Shown: in pieces, positions 27,136-39,912 of the stretch
Numbering within the stretch: position 1 is the first letter of the stretch
Layout: each line of letters opens with the position of its first letter
Translations under genes and position numbers: made by a program
The notes under the pieces: model-generated
Database searches by the model: none
What the model was told of the DNA's origin: nothing
What the model saw: the letters and a program-made list of their open reading frames with translations, nothing else
Source: Lama guanicoe
Lineage: Eukaryota
Direction: 5' to 3'
DNA length: 64,000 bases
Assembly (NCBI GenBank): GCA_013239625.1
Contig: MU054187.1
Span: 186,001-250,000, forward strand

Positions 27136-28186
27136 CAACGTGGAAGGCACAATAGCTCAGATTATCTGCAGGTAACTGTACTGAGGGAGAAGTTCAGTCC
27201 AAAAGATTGTGTGCTGGATGATTCCACTTTTATAGTGTTTTGAAGTCGCAGAATTTTGGAAGTAGAGGACAGGAGAGTGGTTTCTGGATGTTAGAGGGGT
27301 GGGTAGGAAGCAGGCAGTGATAAAGGCAGCGAGAGGTCCACGTGCTCGTGGACTGCTGAGCCTCCGACTGCAGCGGTGGCGTGTCAGGCAGCAGCCGCGC
27401 ATGTGCACAGCACCAGTGGTGGGTGAGACATGGACGGGGGCCGAGGCAGCATGAGGCGCCCAGTGAGTTGTCTGCCGTGATGTGGGCAGGACGCAGGGCA
27501 GAGTATGTTAGGGTCTCTGTGACAAACCTCACAGCTGCTTCCCTCAACCAATTTAGCTGACAAAAATGTGTGAGAGTGACCACGTATCTTGGAAAACTTT
27601 CTGGAGGGAAAGTTCTGTGAATGTGTGACACGTCGTTTCCTGACTATTGTCTTGGCCCAGCCAGTCTTACCTCTAGGAGCGGAGACCACGGTCACAGTCC
27701 GGACCACATGGTCTGTCCCCACTTTGTGTCCTCCTTAAAGACCAGGCTTGCAGCAGGGCCTCTGTTTGGTTAATTTCAGCAACGCAGTATTTCCCAAAAA
27801 TAAAGAGGAAGTCTGAGTGTGGAAAAGGCCTTTCTCAGGCTTTTTGCTGTCCTGTAGTTGTCACTTTTAGCAGCGAAAGATTGTTATTCCTTCCTGTTCA
27901 CTGATATTAGAGAGTTTCTGTGTCATACTTTTCTTTTAGCAAAGGGAAAATACAGTTTTTTAAATGAATAAAACCCACGTTTCTGTGCAGTGGACGTCTT
28001 CCCGCTAACTCATGCTGAAAAGATCAGCAGCAGGATTAGCTGTTTACTTTAGGAGGCAGGCTGCTTGTTTTCCTGGAGGACACAGTGTCCTGCTGGATCT
28101 GGTTTCCTGTCCGCGTGCGGCTTGGAGCTGGGAAGGCCCTGCCCCTGGCGCTCTCTCTCGCCCACCCCTCCCCCGCCCGCCTGTCT

Positions 28187-28322
28187 NNNNNNNNNNNNNN
28201 NNNNNNNNNNNNNNNNNNNNNNNNNNNNNNNNNNNNNNNNNNNNNNNNNNNNNNNNNNNNNNNNNNNNNNNNNNNNNNNNNNNNNNNNNNNNNNNNNNNN
28301 NNNNNNNNNNNNNNNNNNNNNN
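28187..28322. other. Assembly gap (136 N) flanked by C-rich low-complexity sequence
   Basis: Run of N seen directly. Confidence 1.
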
Positions 28323-28619
28323 CCACCCCACCCCCTCCAGTCCAGCCCCCTCCCCAGCCTTCCTTCCCCTTCTCTCACTGCTTTTTTCTCACTTCATCCT
28401 CTAATTTCTTTCTTAAACTGAGGCTTAGGAAGGGGTTCTAACATGGAGAGAAGAGTCCTTGTTGATCTTCAGAGGCTGCTTCAGTTGACAGTGACCTAGA
28501 ATAAAACAGCCGGACTGACTCTGATTCCGGGAATTCTTGGTGGACTGCTCAGAAGTGCTTCCATGACGCGTGTAAACACCCACATGCCACTGCTCTGCTT
28601 CTCTCGGAACACAAGCATC

Positions 28620-28654
28620 CACACATACACACACACACACACAAACACACACAC
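28620..28654. repeat. Imperfect (CA)n microsatellite
   Basis: cacacatacacacacacacacacaaacacacacac. Confidence 0.95.
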
Positions 28655-31600
28655 TCGTCCACTGCTTCTCTCTTTCCTTAATTTATGTGTCTGTGATACC
28701 AAGAAAGAAGGGAAAAATAAATATTTTTGAAAAGTTGGGGAGGGGCATTTAAAGCTTCAAAGAAAAATTAAATTATAGCCTTGCTAAAACCTTCTCAGTG
28801 AATCAACGATTTTGATTTTCTTATTCCTGGTGCTTTGTTCTTTACTTTCACAGGTTAACAATGCTTGCATTTGAGGAAATTTTAAAGCATTCTTTAATTA
28901 GCATATGTGACATTCAGCTGGTAAGAGAAGGAAAGAAACTAAAGACAAATATTAACTCCACGATGGACTTTGTACTTCCAGCATGATGTGACTGGGATTG
29001 GACCGTGAACCTCTTGTCTGTGTTGTTGTATGTTGCCGGCCTCGTGCTGTGGAGTGTAGTCTCCTCTGGCACCAGCTCCCCTGCATTCTTCCAGCATCAC
29101 CCTCGTGCCTCTGACAGGCGGAGGGCTCTGGGGATGAGACAGGAGCCCCCTGGTGTGTAAATGACTCTTGATTGCTTTACCCAGAGGGGAGCTTTCCTTA
29201 TGGCAAAACTGTAGGGGCCGGGTGGTGAGTATGGCACCACAAGGCCGATCACAAGCTGGTTTCCCAAGTGAGGACGTCCTTTCTGTGCGCGGGGCACCCC
29301 CATGCTGCCTCGAGCATCTTTCTCAGGGCCCTTCACACGAGCGATCAGCCCTTTCACGGAGTTGTGCACACCTGCTTACCAGCAGGTGACGGGAGGAAGC
29401 CACCTTCTTGTCCATTAACTGCATTTGTAGCAAAGTGGTGGGCAAAGGGAACCAGGATTCTGAGCACAGATTAGGTGTGGGCACTTAGCAGGGGTGAGGC
29501 CAGTTCAAGTTACCAAGGCTGGATGGCTCGAGGGCTAAAGATCCCAGCACCCCTTCCCTGGCCAGCCGCCATCTAGTTCCTCATGCTTAAAGTCATACCG
29601 GTGGGGGGAGGATTTTATTTGGGGGAAGATCTGTATTTTAGGCACGGGTAGAACACTGATCTTAAATAAGTGCATTTTACTTATTTAAGACAGTTACTCC
29701 GAATGTTGAGTGGCAGACTCTGTCTTGTGGGACAAATGCATTTTCGAGGCCCTTACTCTACCACTGACACCCCTTACTCCTTGTGAGACACTGTCTGTTT
29801 TGCTCTAGCATTTTTCTGAGGTGACCACTTCTGAATACAGCCAGCTCCCTTGTGTGCCGCTTGCGGGCGGGGTGCCAGCAGCAGAGTGTGTGGCACTGCT
29901 GAGCATCGGGCATCCTGTCCTGCAGTAGGAGGGGGGTGGATACACCCACCCTGCTTCCCAATGCCAACCCACCGATAACTTTAAAGCATCAAGCCCCTCA
30001 TCTCCCTGTGCCTGGCTGAGCTCAGTTCATGTTTCAGAGGCTGTTGAAGACAGTGCTTGAGTCGGCGGTTGTCCTGCTGAGCAAGGCCACACGCTGCTCC
30101 CGTGGGCCACTGCCTCCTGAGGGTTAGAGTTGCCCACACTGACTCAGAACAAGGGAATCGGAAAGACCTCCAGAGAGTGACCCTGGTCTGCAGGGAGGAG
30201 TCTCAGTCAGGAGCTGCTGGTGGTGGAGCAGGCCTGGGCCAGCCCCTGTTCCCTGCGACTCGGGGCCGTCAGCTCTGTCCTTGCCACCTTTGGGACAAGG
30301 CTCTCCATCATCCTTGGGGTCCACGGCTGCTCTGTTCTCTGAAACGAGCCGGCACCTGGGCTGCGTGTCCCTGAGGCTGCCCCTTACCCTCCACCCACCT
30401 CCTTTAGACATCTTGGGCCAGTGTCTACTCTGACTGGCCCTCACCCATCCCCCAAGGCTGCTTGCTTCTGTCTGCCTGAGATACAGGCCCACATGCTGAC
30501 TGGGGACTGCACTTGTGTGTGGGCCGGGCCACAGGATGACCCAGCAAGCTGGCGCCTCACCATGCATGCTGACCCAGTGCTGCCAGAGCTGCAGGCTTCT
30601 CGAGACAATGGGAAATTTGAATTTCATGTAAAATCTCCCAATTTTTCATATTTGCTACTTTTTTTTTTCCTTTTAATTAGCACCAAAGAAAATATACCGG
30701 CCAGCAGAACTTGACCTGTGAGCACCTTGCAGCTCTGCTTTGCATCCATTAGGGCAGTGAACTCACATAGGCCCCAGGAGGCTCTGAGAGTTCTCTGTCC
30801 AAGCCTTCCTCCTCCCCATCCTGAGGATTGTAGGTCTGAAACAGAGCCTTCTAACTAACACACGTTAGTGTCTGCACTGCACAGGGCCAGTGATTCACCA
30901 CCCAGCCCCGTCAGGTCCCCCGCACAGGCCCCTCCCCACGTGTCCCCAGCCCAGGCCCCTCCCCACGTGCCCACCAGGTGATGCCACTGCCTCCCCTACC
31001 CCCGTTTCCTCCCCTTTACAAGTGCTTCTCTTATTTTTAATTTTTCCTAAATATAACTTTGACTTTAACTTGAGAGTAATGCATTGGAATCCCCAAATAT
31101 TAAAGTGTTTCCCCTTATTACCACTTTCCCCTGTCTTCCTTTTCTTTCCTTCATACTTCTAGCCTTCTTTCAACTTCTTGAACATGGGAAAAGCTTGTTA
31201 TCATCGCAGATTCTGTGTGCGATACTGTCTTCGCTGAGCATGCTTCTCTGCCTTGTGCTCAGTGAGCTTCTCTTTCCTCAGGACTCAGCTTAAAGATCAC
31301 CTCCCTGAAGACCTGGCTGGGCCATCCCACCTGTGCTTTCTCACAGACACACCGTGATTTCCCGCCTACATCCGCCGCCTGTGACTGTGCATTCACTGGT
31401 GCCAGGCCTTTCCCTAGGCCACCTGCACAGGGCCTGGGCACGGCGGTCCTGCTGTGTTAGCACATAGACAGACACCCCAAGGGCAGGGTGCTTTCGGGGG
31501 CACGGTGACAACCCCGTATGTGCCCCTGTCACCGAGAAGCTCGCGACACTGACTTCTCGGCGCTGCATCCTGCAGGCCTCACTGCATCAAGTGCTTCCGT

Positions 31601-32379
31601 GACTGACCCAGCAATTCTGTTCTTGGCTCATTTCTTGTGTCCAAGCAAGTCAGACTGTCTTTTAGGAAAAAAAGAACAACTCACACTGAAGTCTCCAAAC
31701 TCTGAGAGTCTGCATGTGCTCTCAGAGCTTACAGATAATGGCTCCAGAGGCATTGTGTGCCCTTCCCTGGCACAGGCTGGCCTTCCACAGGGCCTTTATT
31801 TCCAACGGAAGTCAGTTGACACAAACAGAAGACAGACTTCCGGAATAGCAGAGTGGAGACGCAGTGGGTTCTCTCCTTGGCAAACAAACATTTTAACTGG
31901 AGAAAACTATAAAAAAAAACAAAACAATAAAACCACGTAAAGCCTCTGGAAACTAGCCTAAGATCATACAGCAGATGGAGCAGCCATCCATCCACGGGAT
32001 CGAGAACACCCACTGGATCTCAGTAAGAGCAGCGAGTCTATGGCCCTGACCTGCCACCACTGCTCTGGGGCTCTGATCCAGGGAGCACAGCCAGGGCCAC
32101 AGCCCCGCCCCTCCGTTCCCAGTCCAGGCCCAATTTCACTCGAGGAGGGCCGTCCCCCAGGATCCCTCGTCCCCTGGGCCATGTTGCGGAAGCTCCACCC
32201 CAAGTGCAGTGGGCCAAGAACACTGGCCCAGATGGCCTCCCCCAGCTCACCCACAGGGCAGAAGTGCCAGGCGGAGAGGCCAGCCCAGAAGACCAGTGCT
32301 GCCACCACCCCCAGAACCCACTGTGGAGCGGAGACAGGATGCTCTGCAGCAGTAAATAACTAATCAGTGAGCAGACAAA

Positions 32380-33830
32380 AAAGAGTGGAGACACAGAAAG
32401 TTTGAAAAACGTACTTAAGCAACTGACTAACAAACCATGTACAAAAGCCTGTACTTAACAGTTAGAGCGTGTGCATTCTTATTTGAAACTGTCGTAAAAA
32501 TTGATTATGTGCTAAGACATAAAACAAATCTCTACAAATGTAAAAGAACTGTTATGGAAGAGAGATTCTCTCACCTTAGGGCAATTAAATTAGAGTTAAT
32601 AACAAAAATTTGTGCATTTTAAATCCTTATAGAAAAAAGTGTTTTAAATACTTCCAAATAACTCATGGATCAAAGAAGAAATAATAATGGATATTTAAAA
32701 TACCTAGAATTGATTAATAATAATAAAAATACTAAATATCAAACTTAATGTGATGTCATTAATTTGCTATTTAGAAGAAATTTTGTAGTCTGAACAGCTT
32801 ATTTTAGACAGAAGGAAGTCTCAGAATTAATGAGCTGAGCCTCTAGCATAAGGAACAGTTTAAAACCAATAGAACAAATACAAAGACAGTAAAAGGGAGG
32901 AGATTATAAACATGAGTAGAAACTGATAACATAAACAAGGAGACAGTGAATAAACAGAGCTTTTGAAATGGTTAATAATCATTCTATGGTGAAACTCAGA
33001 AAGAGAAAGAAAAGATAACGAATAAATAACACGAAAAAAGAAAAGGAAGGGTGTCAGCCTCACCAGCCACTAGTGACAGGGGAAGCGGGTGTCGTTCCAT
33101 CTATGTGATAAACTTGAAAATGTAAACAAAAGGGGCAAATCCCTAGGAAAATATACTTTGGCAAAATATCTCAAGAAAAAATTAGAAAGCCCAAATAGTA
33201 CAATTCTCATTTGAGAAGCTGAGAGTTAAAATCTTCCCAGGACAAGAAAGCACATGAGTGAGATCATTGTATTACTAAGTCTTTTCAAATTGTCAAAAAC
33301 AGGTCACTCAAATCTTATACAAATTTTTCAAATAAAAAAGGAATCCCTCTCCACTCATTATACGAAGCTGATATAAATAATCTTGATACCAAATCTAATA
33401 TGAGAAGTAAAACTAAAGGTCAAGTGCTACTCACGGATACAGATACAAAACTCCTACACAAAATGTATGCTGTAGGGTCCTGGCTCTCTCTTGGGAGTAG
33501 AAAACGTGCTCTAACACTAGGGAAACTAGCTGTCGTTTACCACGTTAGCAAAGGTGATAAAAACATACCACTTCCATTAATACAGAAAGTGCATTTTATA
33601 AGCTCATTCATGATTTTAAAAATTTCTCAGCAAACTAGGAATGTCTAACAAAAAAAGAAAAAAAGCCCAGCAAGCATCATTCTTACCTGTGAAACACCAA
33701 AGACACTGTCTGCAAGACGGAGAACAAAGTAAGATGCCTAGTGTCACTGGCTTCTTCTCAAGGTCACGTTGAAGTCCCTAAAGGGCAGTCAGAACAGAAG
33801 ATAAATAAAAAGCGTAAAGCGATCATCATG
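32380..33830 (+). mobile_element. Old A-rich L1 ORF2 remnant
   Basis: aaattgattatgtgctaagacataaaacaaatctc, ccaaataactcatggatcaaagaagaaat, cttgataccaaatc. ORF remnant KIDYVLRHKTNLYK resembles the end of the L1 endonuclease domain. Confidence 0.8.
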
Positions 33831-35321
33831 AGCAGATGAAACAGCTTCCTGGACCTTGTTAGAAGTACCACGAGCAGTGAGCGAGATTGAGACCGGTCAC
33901 AGGAGCTGAGTAGACTCTGCACGCCAGCTGTGCTCGCACCAGCAGCTCTCAGCCACAGGCAGGACACCACCTAACATAGCACACAACCATAGGGGTCCAG
34001 CCACAAAGAAAAGATGGATGCACACGAACTCTGGAGAAAACTGTGATCTGAAAACTGGCCTGAGTGCCCCCGGGGCGGGGCCGAACCCAGGGCCACTTCC
34101 TGCTCATGCAGCTCTGGAAGGTCTTCCCTCATTCCTACGGTTAAGTGAGAATGTTGACAGTTAAGGAACTTCCCACGTACCAGGCTTACCTGTGTGGTAC
34201 TGTGTTCCCTGGATATGATGCAATGTGGGAGATGTCTCTGGTGATTCAGGAAAGACGAGTTGATCGTGGGCCCTTTTCTGTGCAGACCTGTCACATCAGC
34301 AGTGATTTAGGAGACAGCACCTCCCGGAGCTGGTTGGGGCTGTGTTGAAGGCCAGGGCTCCCAGCCAGTGGGGCCAGTGTCCACCTCGGGCCAGTGCCCA
34401 CCTCAGGCCTGAGCCAGCTGTGTGAGCAGAAGCGGGTGGGAAGGCGTGAACGGAAGGAGGAGGAGGGTGGTGATAACTGGTCTCTGGAGAGACAAGTAAA
34501 CAGGACCAGTCTTCCTCCATCATCTGGGATACAGGCAAACGTCAGAACAGACTTAATGCGAAGGTGTGAGCCCGTTCCCCCTCCCCCTCTCAGCACAAGC
34601 AGTCAGAAGTTCTCTCTAGTTTCACGAGGCAGATCTGGGGACATTTCTGTGCTTATCTTGACTTTTGTGTATTTTGACAGACAGGAACACTTGTGGAGCA
34701 GAGTTGGGCAGGTGTTAACTCCTGGGGTGGGAGCGGCTATAGGACCCTCTCCCAGCAGAAGGCGGAGCCTGGCCCTGTCGCTGTGCCTTAGCCTCTCAAT
34801 GTTAGAGCGGGGCAGACACCAAAGCACTTCCCTCCGAGAGGTTCTATGTGACACAGCGTGGCAGGGGATGACAGACGACCTAGTCAGTTCGTCCCTGCCC
34901 TCACGCAGCCCGCTGCTTCAGGCAGGACACTGTCACCAGTGGCCTTGATGTTCTGTACGGCTGTTGGGCACCTGTACAAAACCTCAGGGTTTCTGCGACC
35001 GCGGACAGGATGAAATGGGAAGAGAGGATGCTCATTTTCCGGGCAGTGGTGATGTATTTGATTTGAGAGGTGCTCTTCTTCTTGTGCCTTTAAAGTGCAC
35101 TGGTCAGAATTCTGTCTCCTTCTCTGTTTTGTGGATAGTGACCCAAACCTACAAGTACAAATCTGCAAAGTGCACATTGCCACTCAACGGTCCTTCACCC
35201 CAGCACATCCATTTAGGAAGGTGTTTACAGTGGATCCCTAGTGAAGGAGAAGAGATTTCTCATCTTTGTCCTGAATTAGAAACTGTCTCCTAAAAGGGCA
35301 AATGTGAATGCTTTTTTGTAG

Positions 35322-35462
35322 AGTTTGTCTTCTCGTGCAAGATGCCTGCGGACTATTCGGTGAGGTGCACTTGGTCGGCATGGCCCTGAAGGACAGAGCG
35401 CTGGAGGGGAAGTCCTGCAGGCTGGCGGGACTGAAGGTTCTGCGGAAGGCCACCAGAGGAAG
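35322..35462 (+). CDS. SPIDR: SPIDR internal coding exon (141 nt, ~human exon 11)
   Basis: Acceptor cttttttgtag| and donor AAG|gtgaga. Translates VCLLVQDACGLFGEVHLVGMALKDRALEGKSCRLAGLKVLRKATRG(R), matching recalled human CLLVQDACGMFGEVHLE...LEGKSCSLVGMKVLQKVTRGR. Phase 2 at both ends. Confidence 0.95.
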
Positions 35463-38400
35463 GTGAGAGCCCTGAGTGCGTCCCATCTGCTACAGCAGAG
35501 TCTCTAATTTTATTTCTAAAGAAAATAGACTAGAGTCTGCCTGTAAAATGAGGCTACCGGTTGTATGGAGCCCATAAAGTCTCTCCAGGAGAAAACGTGT
35601 GACAGACAGCAAAAATAATGATGCAGGTGTAATGATTCACAATTTTATTAAAATTAAGACTAAAAATGTTAAGTACATGTGTTTTAATTCTAAAATTTTT
35701 CTGTATATTTTGTTGTCTATAATAATAAGACAGCTTGGCATGAGTCACTTTATATAAATGAGAATATAATTTACTGAAAAGGCATTTTATAAGCTTTAAG
35801 CAAAATTCTTAATTTGTCATATCTTTTTGCTTTCCATCTCAAGAAAGCTTGTTCTGTCAGGTTTCGTGTTGCTTTGGGAACGGTACGTGGGTCTGGCCCC
35901 AGCGGTGGCTGTTCATTCCAGTAACCATCGTAGTCTAGGAATTAGGGAAAAGCAGAAGTATTTTTAATGGAACTATCCAGTCACAGAGAGAATTAGTGTA
36001 AACAGTGTATCTGGGGTTTTCTCACTGCAGCCTCCCTTTCCTCAAGTAGCTTGTCATTTTAGCTCTCTTGATGTTACTTTGTTTAATTACAGTAACTCCT
36101 GAGCTTGTAACAGTATCTGAGGGAGGAAGAAACCCATTTTGCATGTGTTTGCATGGGTTTTCTTCTGATTTGGAAGCAGTCATTGGTAACCCTCTCTAGG
36201 GGTCTCCATGATGACGGTCCGGCCATGGCCCTTCTACGCGAAGCACTGCCGGGCAGTTCTGCTGCCTGGCCGCTGTGGGCAGTACGCTAACCCGGCCCTA
36301 TGTTGTGCCTCGTCTGACTATCACGTGGCCCTGCGTAGATCCTGGAGCGGTTTATTGACTCGTTTACAGAAGGAGGGCTGTGTTATAATGTCACTGCCTT
36401 GTAGATTACGGAGCGGGCTGCCCAGATATTTGGAAAGCATGTCTAGACGTGTGAAAAGCTTAACTGGGTCACAGGAACCTTATCCTGATGAAGGCTGAAC
36501 CTCATTTCACCCCCAGTTTCAGAGTCACAAGCATCTGGAAAGACTCTGTAGCTGGGGCAAGTCAGTTGCTGCCTTGACATTGTCCTGATGGTGGTAACTC
36601 CATTGGGGCCATGTAAGACGTCCCCGCACTCTGGACAAGGCCCCCCCCCAGAGCACACCAGGACATGAGGGGCTCCGCATCACAGGGGCCTCAGTGGGGC
36701 TCCTCCAGCTGGCAGGCCTGCCCTGCGCTGCAGAGCAGAGGGGCTCCTGCAGACACACTTCCTGCTGGGGGTTCCTCATGGGACTGACTGCGTCAGGCTG
36801 GGACCCCGGGGCTCTGGCTCTGTGAAGTCATGGTCTTTAACCGTGATTCCGTACAGCCGTCTGTATCCCTAATATTTCATCTGGTTTTTGTGGGTTGCTC
36901 TGGAAGCCTTGCTGCTGTCTGCAGTGTTGCCATAGGAAGTGTTTTTTTTTTCCATGTGAAATGCACTGAGTATTCGAAATAATTCCTTTACAAGCTTTTG
37001 AAATCATTCCATTTTTAAGTTGGTAACTAAATATTTGATACTTTTTTTAGGTTGGAATTAATCTCTATCTTATATATTTAATTTTATGTTGGCATGTAAA
37101 CATCCAAATAAATATTTAGGTTGTCTTTTTGTTCCTCTGGAAGCTATAATTCTTCAAAACAAATTATTAAACAGTTTTGGAATGCTGGATGTTATAATTG
37201 CCTGTTAGTGATATCATCCATTGTCAGTCATCCATCCACAGCCCAGTAAACACAAGTTGTTTCTTTTTTCCCCCCAAATTATTGTGTTTCATAGCAACTC
37301 TCATAAACTTTAACAAAATATACTTCTCATAAATCTTAACAAAATATCCTTAATTCCAAAAATTCAAGCTAAAATGATTAATTATAATTATATAATTCCG
37401 ATATTTAATATAGAAAATTACTTTTTTGCCAGTTGGAAGGAAGTTTTATGTTTGGGCTAAGTCGTGGAGTCTTTGAAATCCAAGCTACCAGGTTTCATCT
37501 GGTCCACCGTCAGAGTGACGGAAAATCACTGCTTCCCACGACAGCTTCGGGTGGACTGATGGCCTTGGAGCTGAGCAGACAGACAGACATGCTGCTGGAC
37601 CCCTGTGCGGGGCGCCCTGCTCTGTCCACCTGCCCTCTCGGGAACTGTTGCAGAAAAACAGCTGTCACATCTTCTGCATTTCTCTGACACATTGTTGGAG
37701 TCGAGTGTCCATACTGATAGGCTGAAGTGAGAAGAGTCAGGAAAAGAGCCTGGATTTAATGGAAAAAACCATTTAAAATGACATGGCTGAGGCTTGTGCT
37801 CTGCCTGCTCCCGCCCACCCCCCCGAGGACTCCTTGCTGTTTGTCCAGTGACTGAGGCACATCCCTAGACCTTTGTCCTCCCAGGTGGCCTCTGCAAACA
37901 GTTTAGAGGCAAACAAGCTGAAAACTCACATAACATTGGTGTCATAATTCTGTGTGGGAGCTGCATCTTTTTATTGCTGATTATTATGCTGCTGTGTTTA
38001 TGCAGTAGAGTAACACTGAGGGGAAAACAAATTTCCTGGAATATGTGAACCCTCTAAGTATGGAACATGTAGCTAAGCAAATTTTTTGCGGGTGAGGGGA
38101 ACCTCTTTCAGTTCAAAATCCTGCTGGTATTTATGTCCCAGCTTGTTAAAACAAAAACCACTCATCTGTCTAAACTATGTTAGTAATTTATAGGTTCTGT
38201 TTTATTTAGGTCTCTCACATGGCCCTTCGGGGGTGAGTACTGGAGACTGCTGAGGGGTGTTTAGTCAGCACTCACTGTGTGCAGAGGGGCCACCTGAGTG
38301 CTGAGAGTGACAGGGAAGCACGTAATATGACCCTGACCTTGCGCTGTCTCTGTTTGATCTGAAGACTAGACCTGCCCGAGGACAGGGCAGTTGTTTTTTA

Positions 38401-38933
38401 AGTGATGGAATCTTAAATGGCTGGTCTCAGGTTTCGTCAAAGGAGTGAGGAGAATGTTTAAACATCTTGATCTTGCAGAAAAAAAATTTCTCCTCAGATT
38501 GGGAAGATGTTGTCTGTGAAGACATAAAAGTAGAACTAGGCGGAAGTATAACTCACTCATTTTTTTCTTACATACTTGGTGATATGTTCCTGGCTCGTTG
38601 TTGCTGTGCTAGATTCTTGGGATTTATCTGAACCAGAACACACTGAAATAAAAGGTCAGCTAGATAAAGCCTGAAATCCTATTATTATGGGTTCTGATTC
38701 TTCCAGGAGAAAATTAGGGCCCTGTGAGTTTTTAAGAGAAGAGAAGAAGAGGTACTAAAGATGAAAATGGAGTTAGGATTATCCTACTGTTGTAACTGTA
38801 ATAGATCTGAAATAGAGGGAGAGATTGGGACAGGGCTGCAAATTTGGAAACTTGTGTAGTAATTGAGGGAAAGAGAGTGAAGAACCAATTACCACTGATT
38901 TTTTTTCAGTTTTCTTAAACTAAAAAAAAAAAT

Positions 38934-39018
38934 TGTATTGCAGTATCATTGATTTACAGTGTTGTTAGTTTCTGGTGTGCAGCACAGTGATTCAGTTGTA
39001 TGTGTTTGTACATATTCT
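38934..39018 (-). mobile_element. Short L1 3'-tail fragment
   Basis: ttgatttacagtgttgttagtttctggtgtgcagcacagtgattcagtt, similar to the L1 tail near 47715-47770. Confidence 0.7.
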
Positions 39019-39569
39019 AAATCCCGCACCCTGGACTCAGACCCTGGGTCCCCCTCACTAGGTCCAGGAGACGTGCATGAGGTTGTGTTGTGATACTTCA
39101 TCAAGGATGGGATCCCACCTTGAGGAGGAGGGCCTTGAACAGGGAGGGTGACTGGCCAGGGGTCAGGCTCCACTGTGACTCTGGGCACCAGGGCCTCCGT
39201 CTCCTGGGAGACGCTCCCGACCCACATGCTCAGTGGTGCCACAGAGGGAGTCTTCAGGAATTGCCCAGCACAGGTCGTGGGGGTTAGGGTCATTGTCCAG
39301 GAATCATCACAGATGCCCCTTCAACAGGAAGTAAGCAGTGGTGAGAGCCTTCCTGGGGAGAGATACTTCAGCAGCAATTTCCTTCCTTTGATTTCTCCTC
39401 TTCAAAGAGGTTGCCCTCTTACAGAGACACACTTCTCTTGGGGCTTGAGGTCCAGAAAGTCTTTGCTCATTAGAAATCCTCTTTTAAGGGACATTCTTTA
39501 GAATTCTTTCATTAAATTGTTCCTGACAGGTTCACCACCCAAGTTTCTAGAAGGAGAATAAAATGTCAC

Positions 39570-39912
39570 TGAGAATGAATGTCCCAAATCCTGGAAGCAA
39601 GGATGCTCAAGAGCACTGACAGGGTGGAGGCACTGGCCCACGTAAAACGTGCTACGGAAGAAAGCCCACAGAGGGTCACACGTCTTGGAGCCCGTTTACA
39701 GGAAGCATTCAGGGTGACAGACTCGTGGTGACAATGCAGGGTGGGTGTCACTGGGAGGAGGGGACAGGGAGTGACTGTGATGGGGGGGCACCTCTGGGCT
39801 GATGGCAATATTGTGCTACCCAGCAATGTGCTGAATGTACTAAATGCCACCAAACTGCACATTGAAAAGGTTAATTTTATGTTGTGTGAATTTCACTTCA
39901 ATTTTTAAAAAG
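39570..39912 (+). mobile_element. L1MB-type 3'UTR fragment
   Basis: Tail gtactaaatgccaccaaactgcacattgaaaaggttaattttatgttgtgtgaatttcacttcaatttttaaaaa. Confidence 0.75.

Noticed and set aside
34680..34711. Possible micro-exon after ttttgacag
   Set aside because: Weak donor (gtgtta) and no support from the known protein.
37433..37687. Acceptor-like cttttttgccag followed by an 84-aa ORF
   Set aside because: No strong donor, the peptide is not SPIDR-like, and the flanking exons already join in frame.
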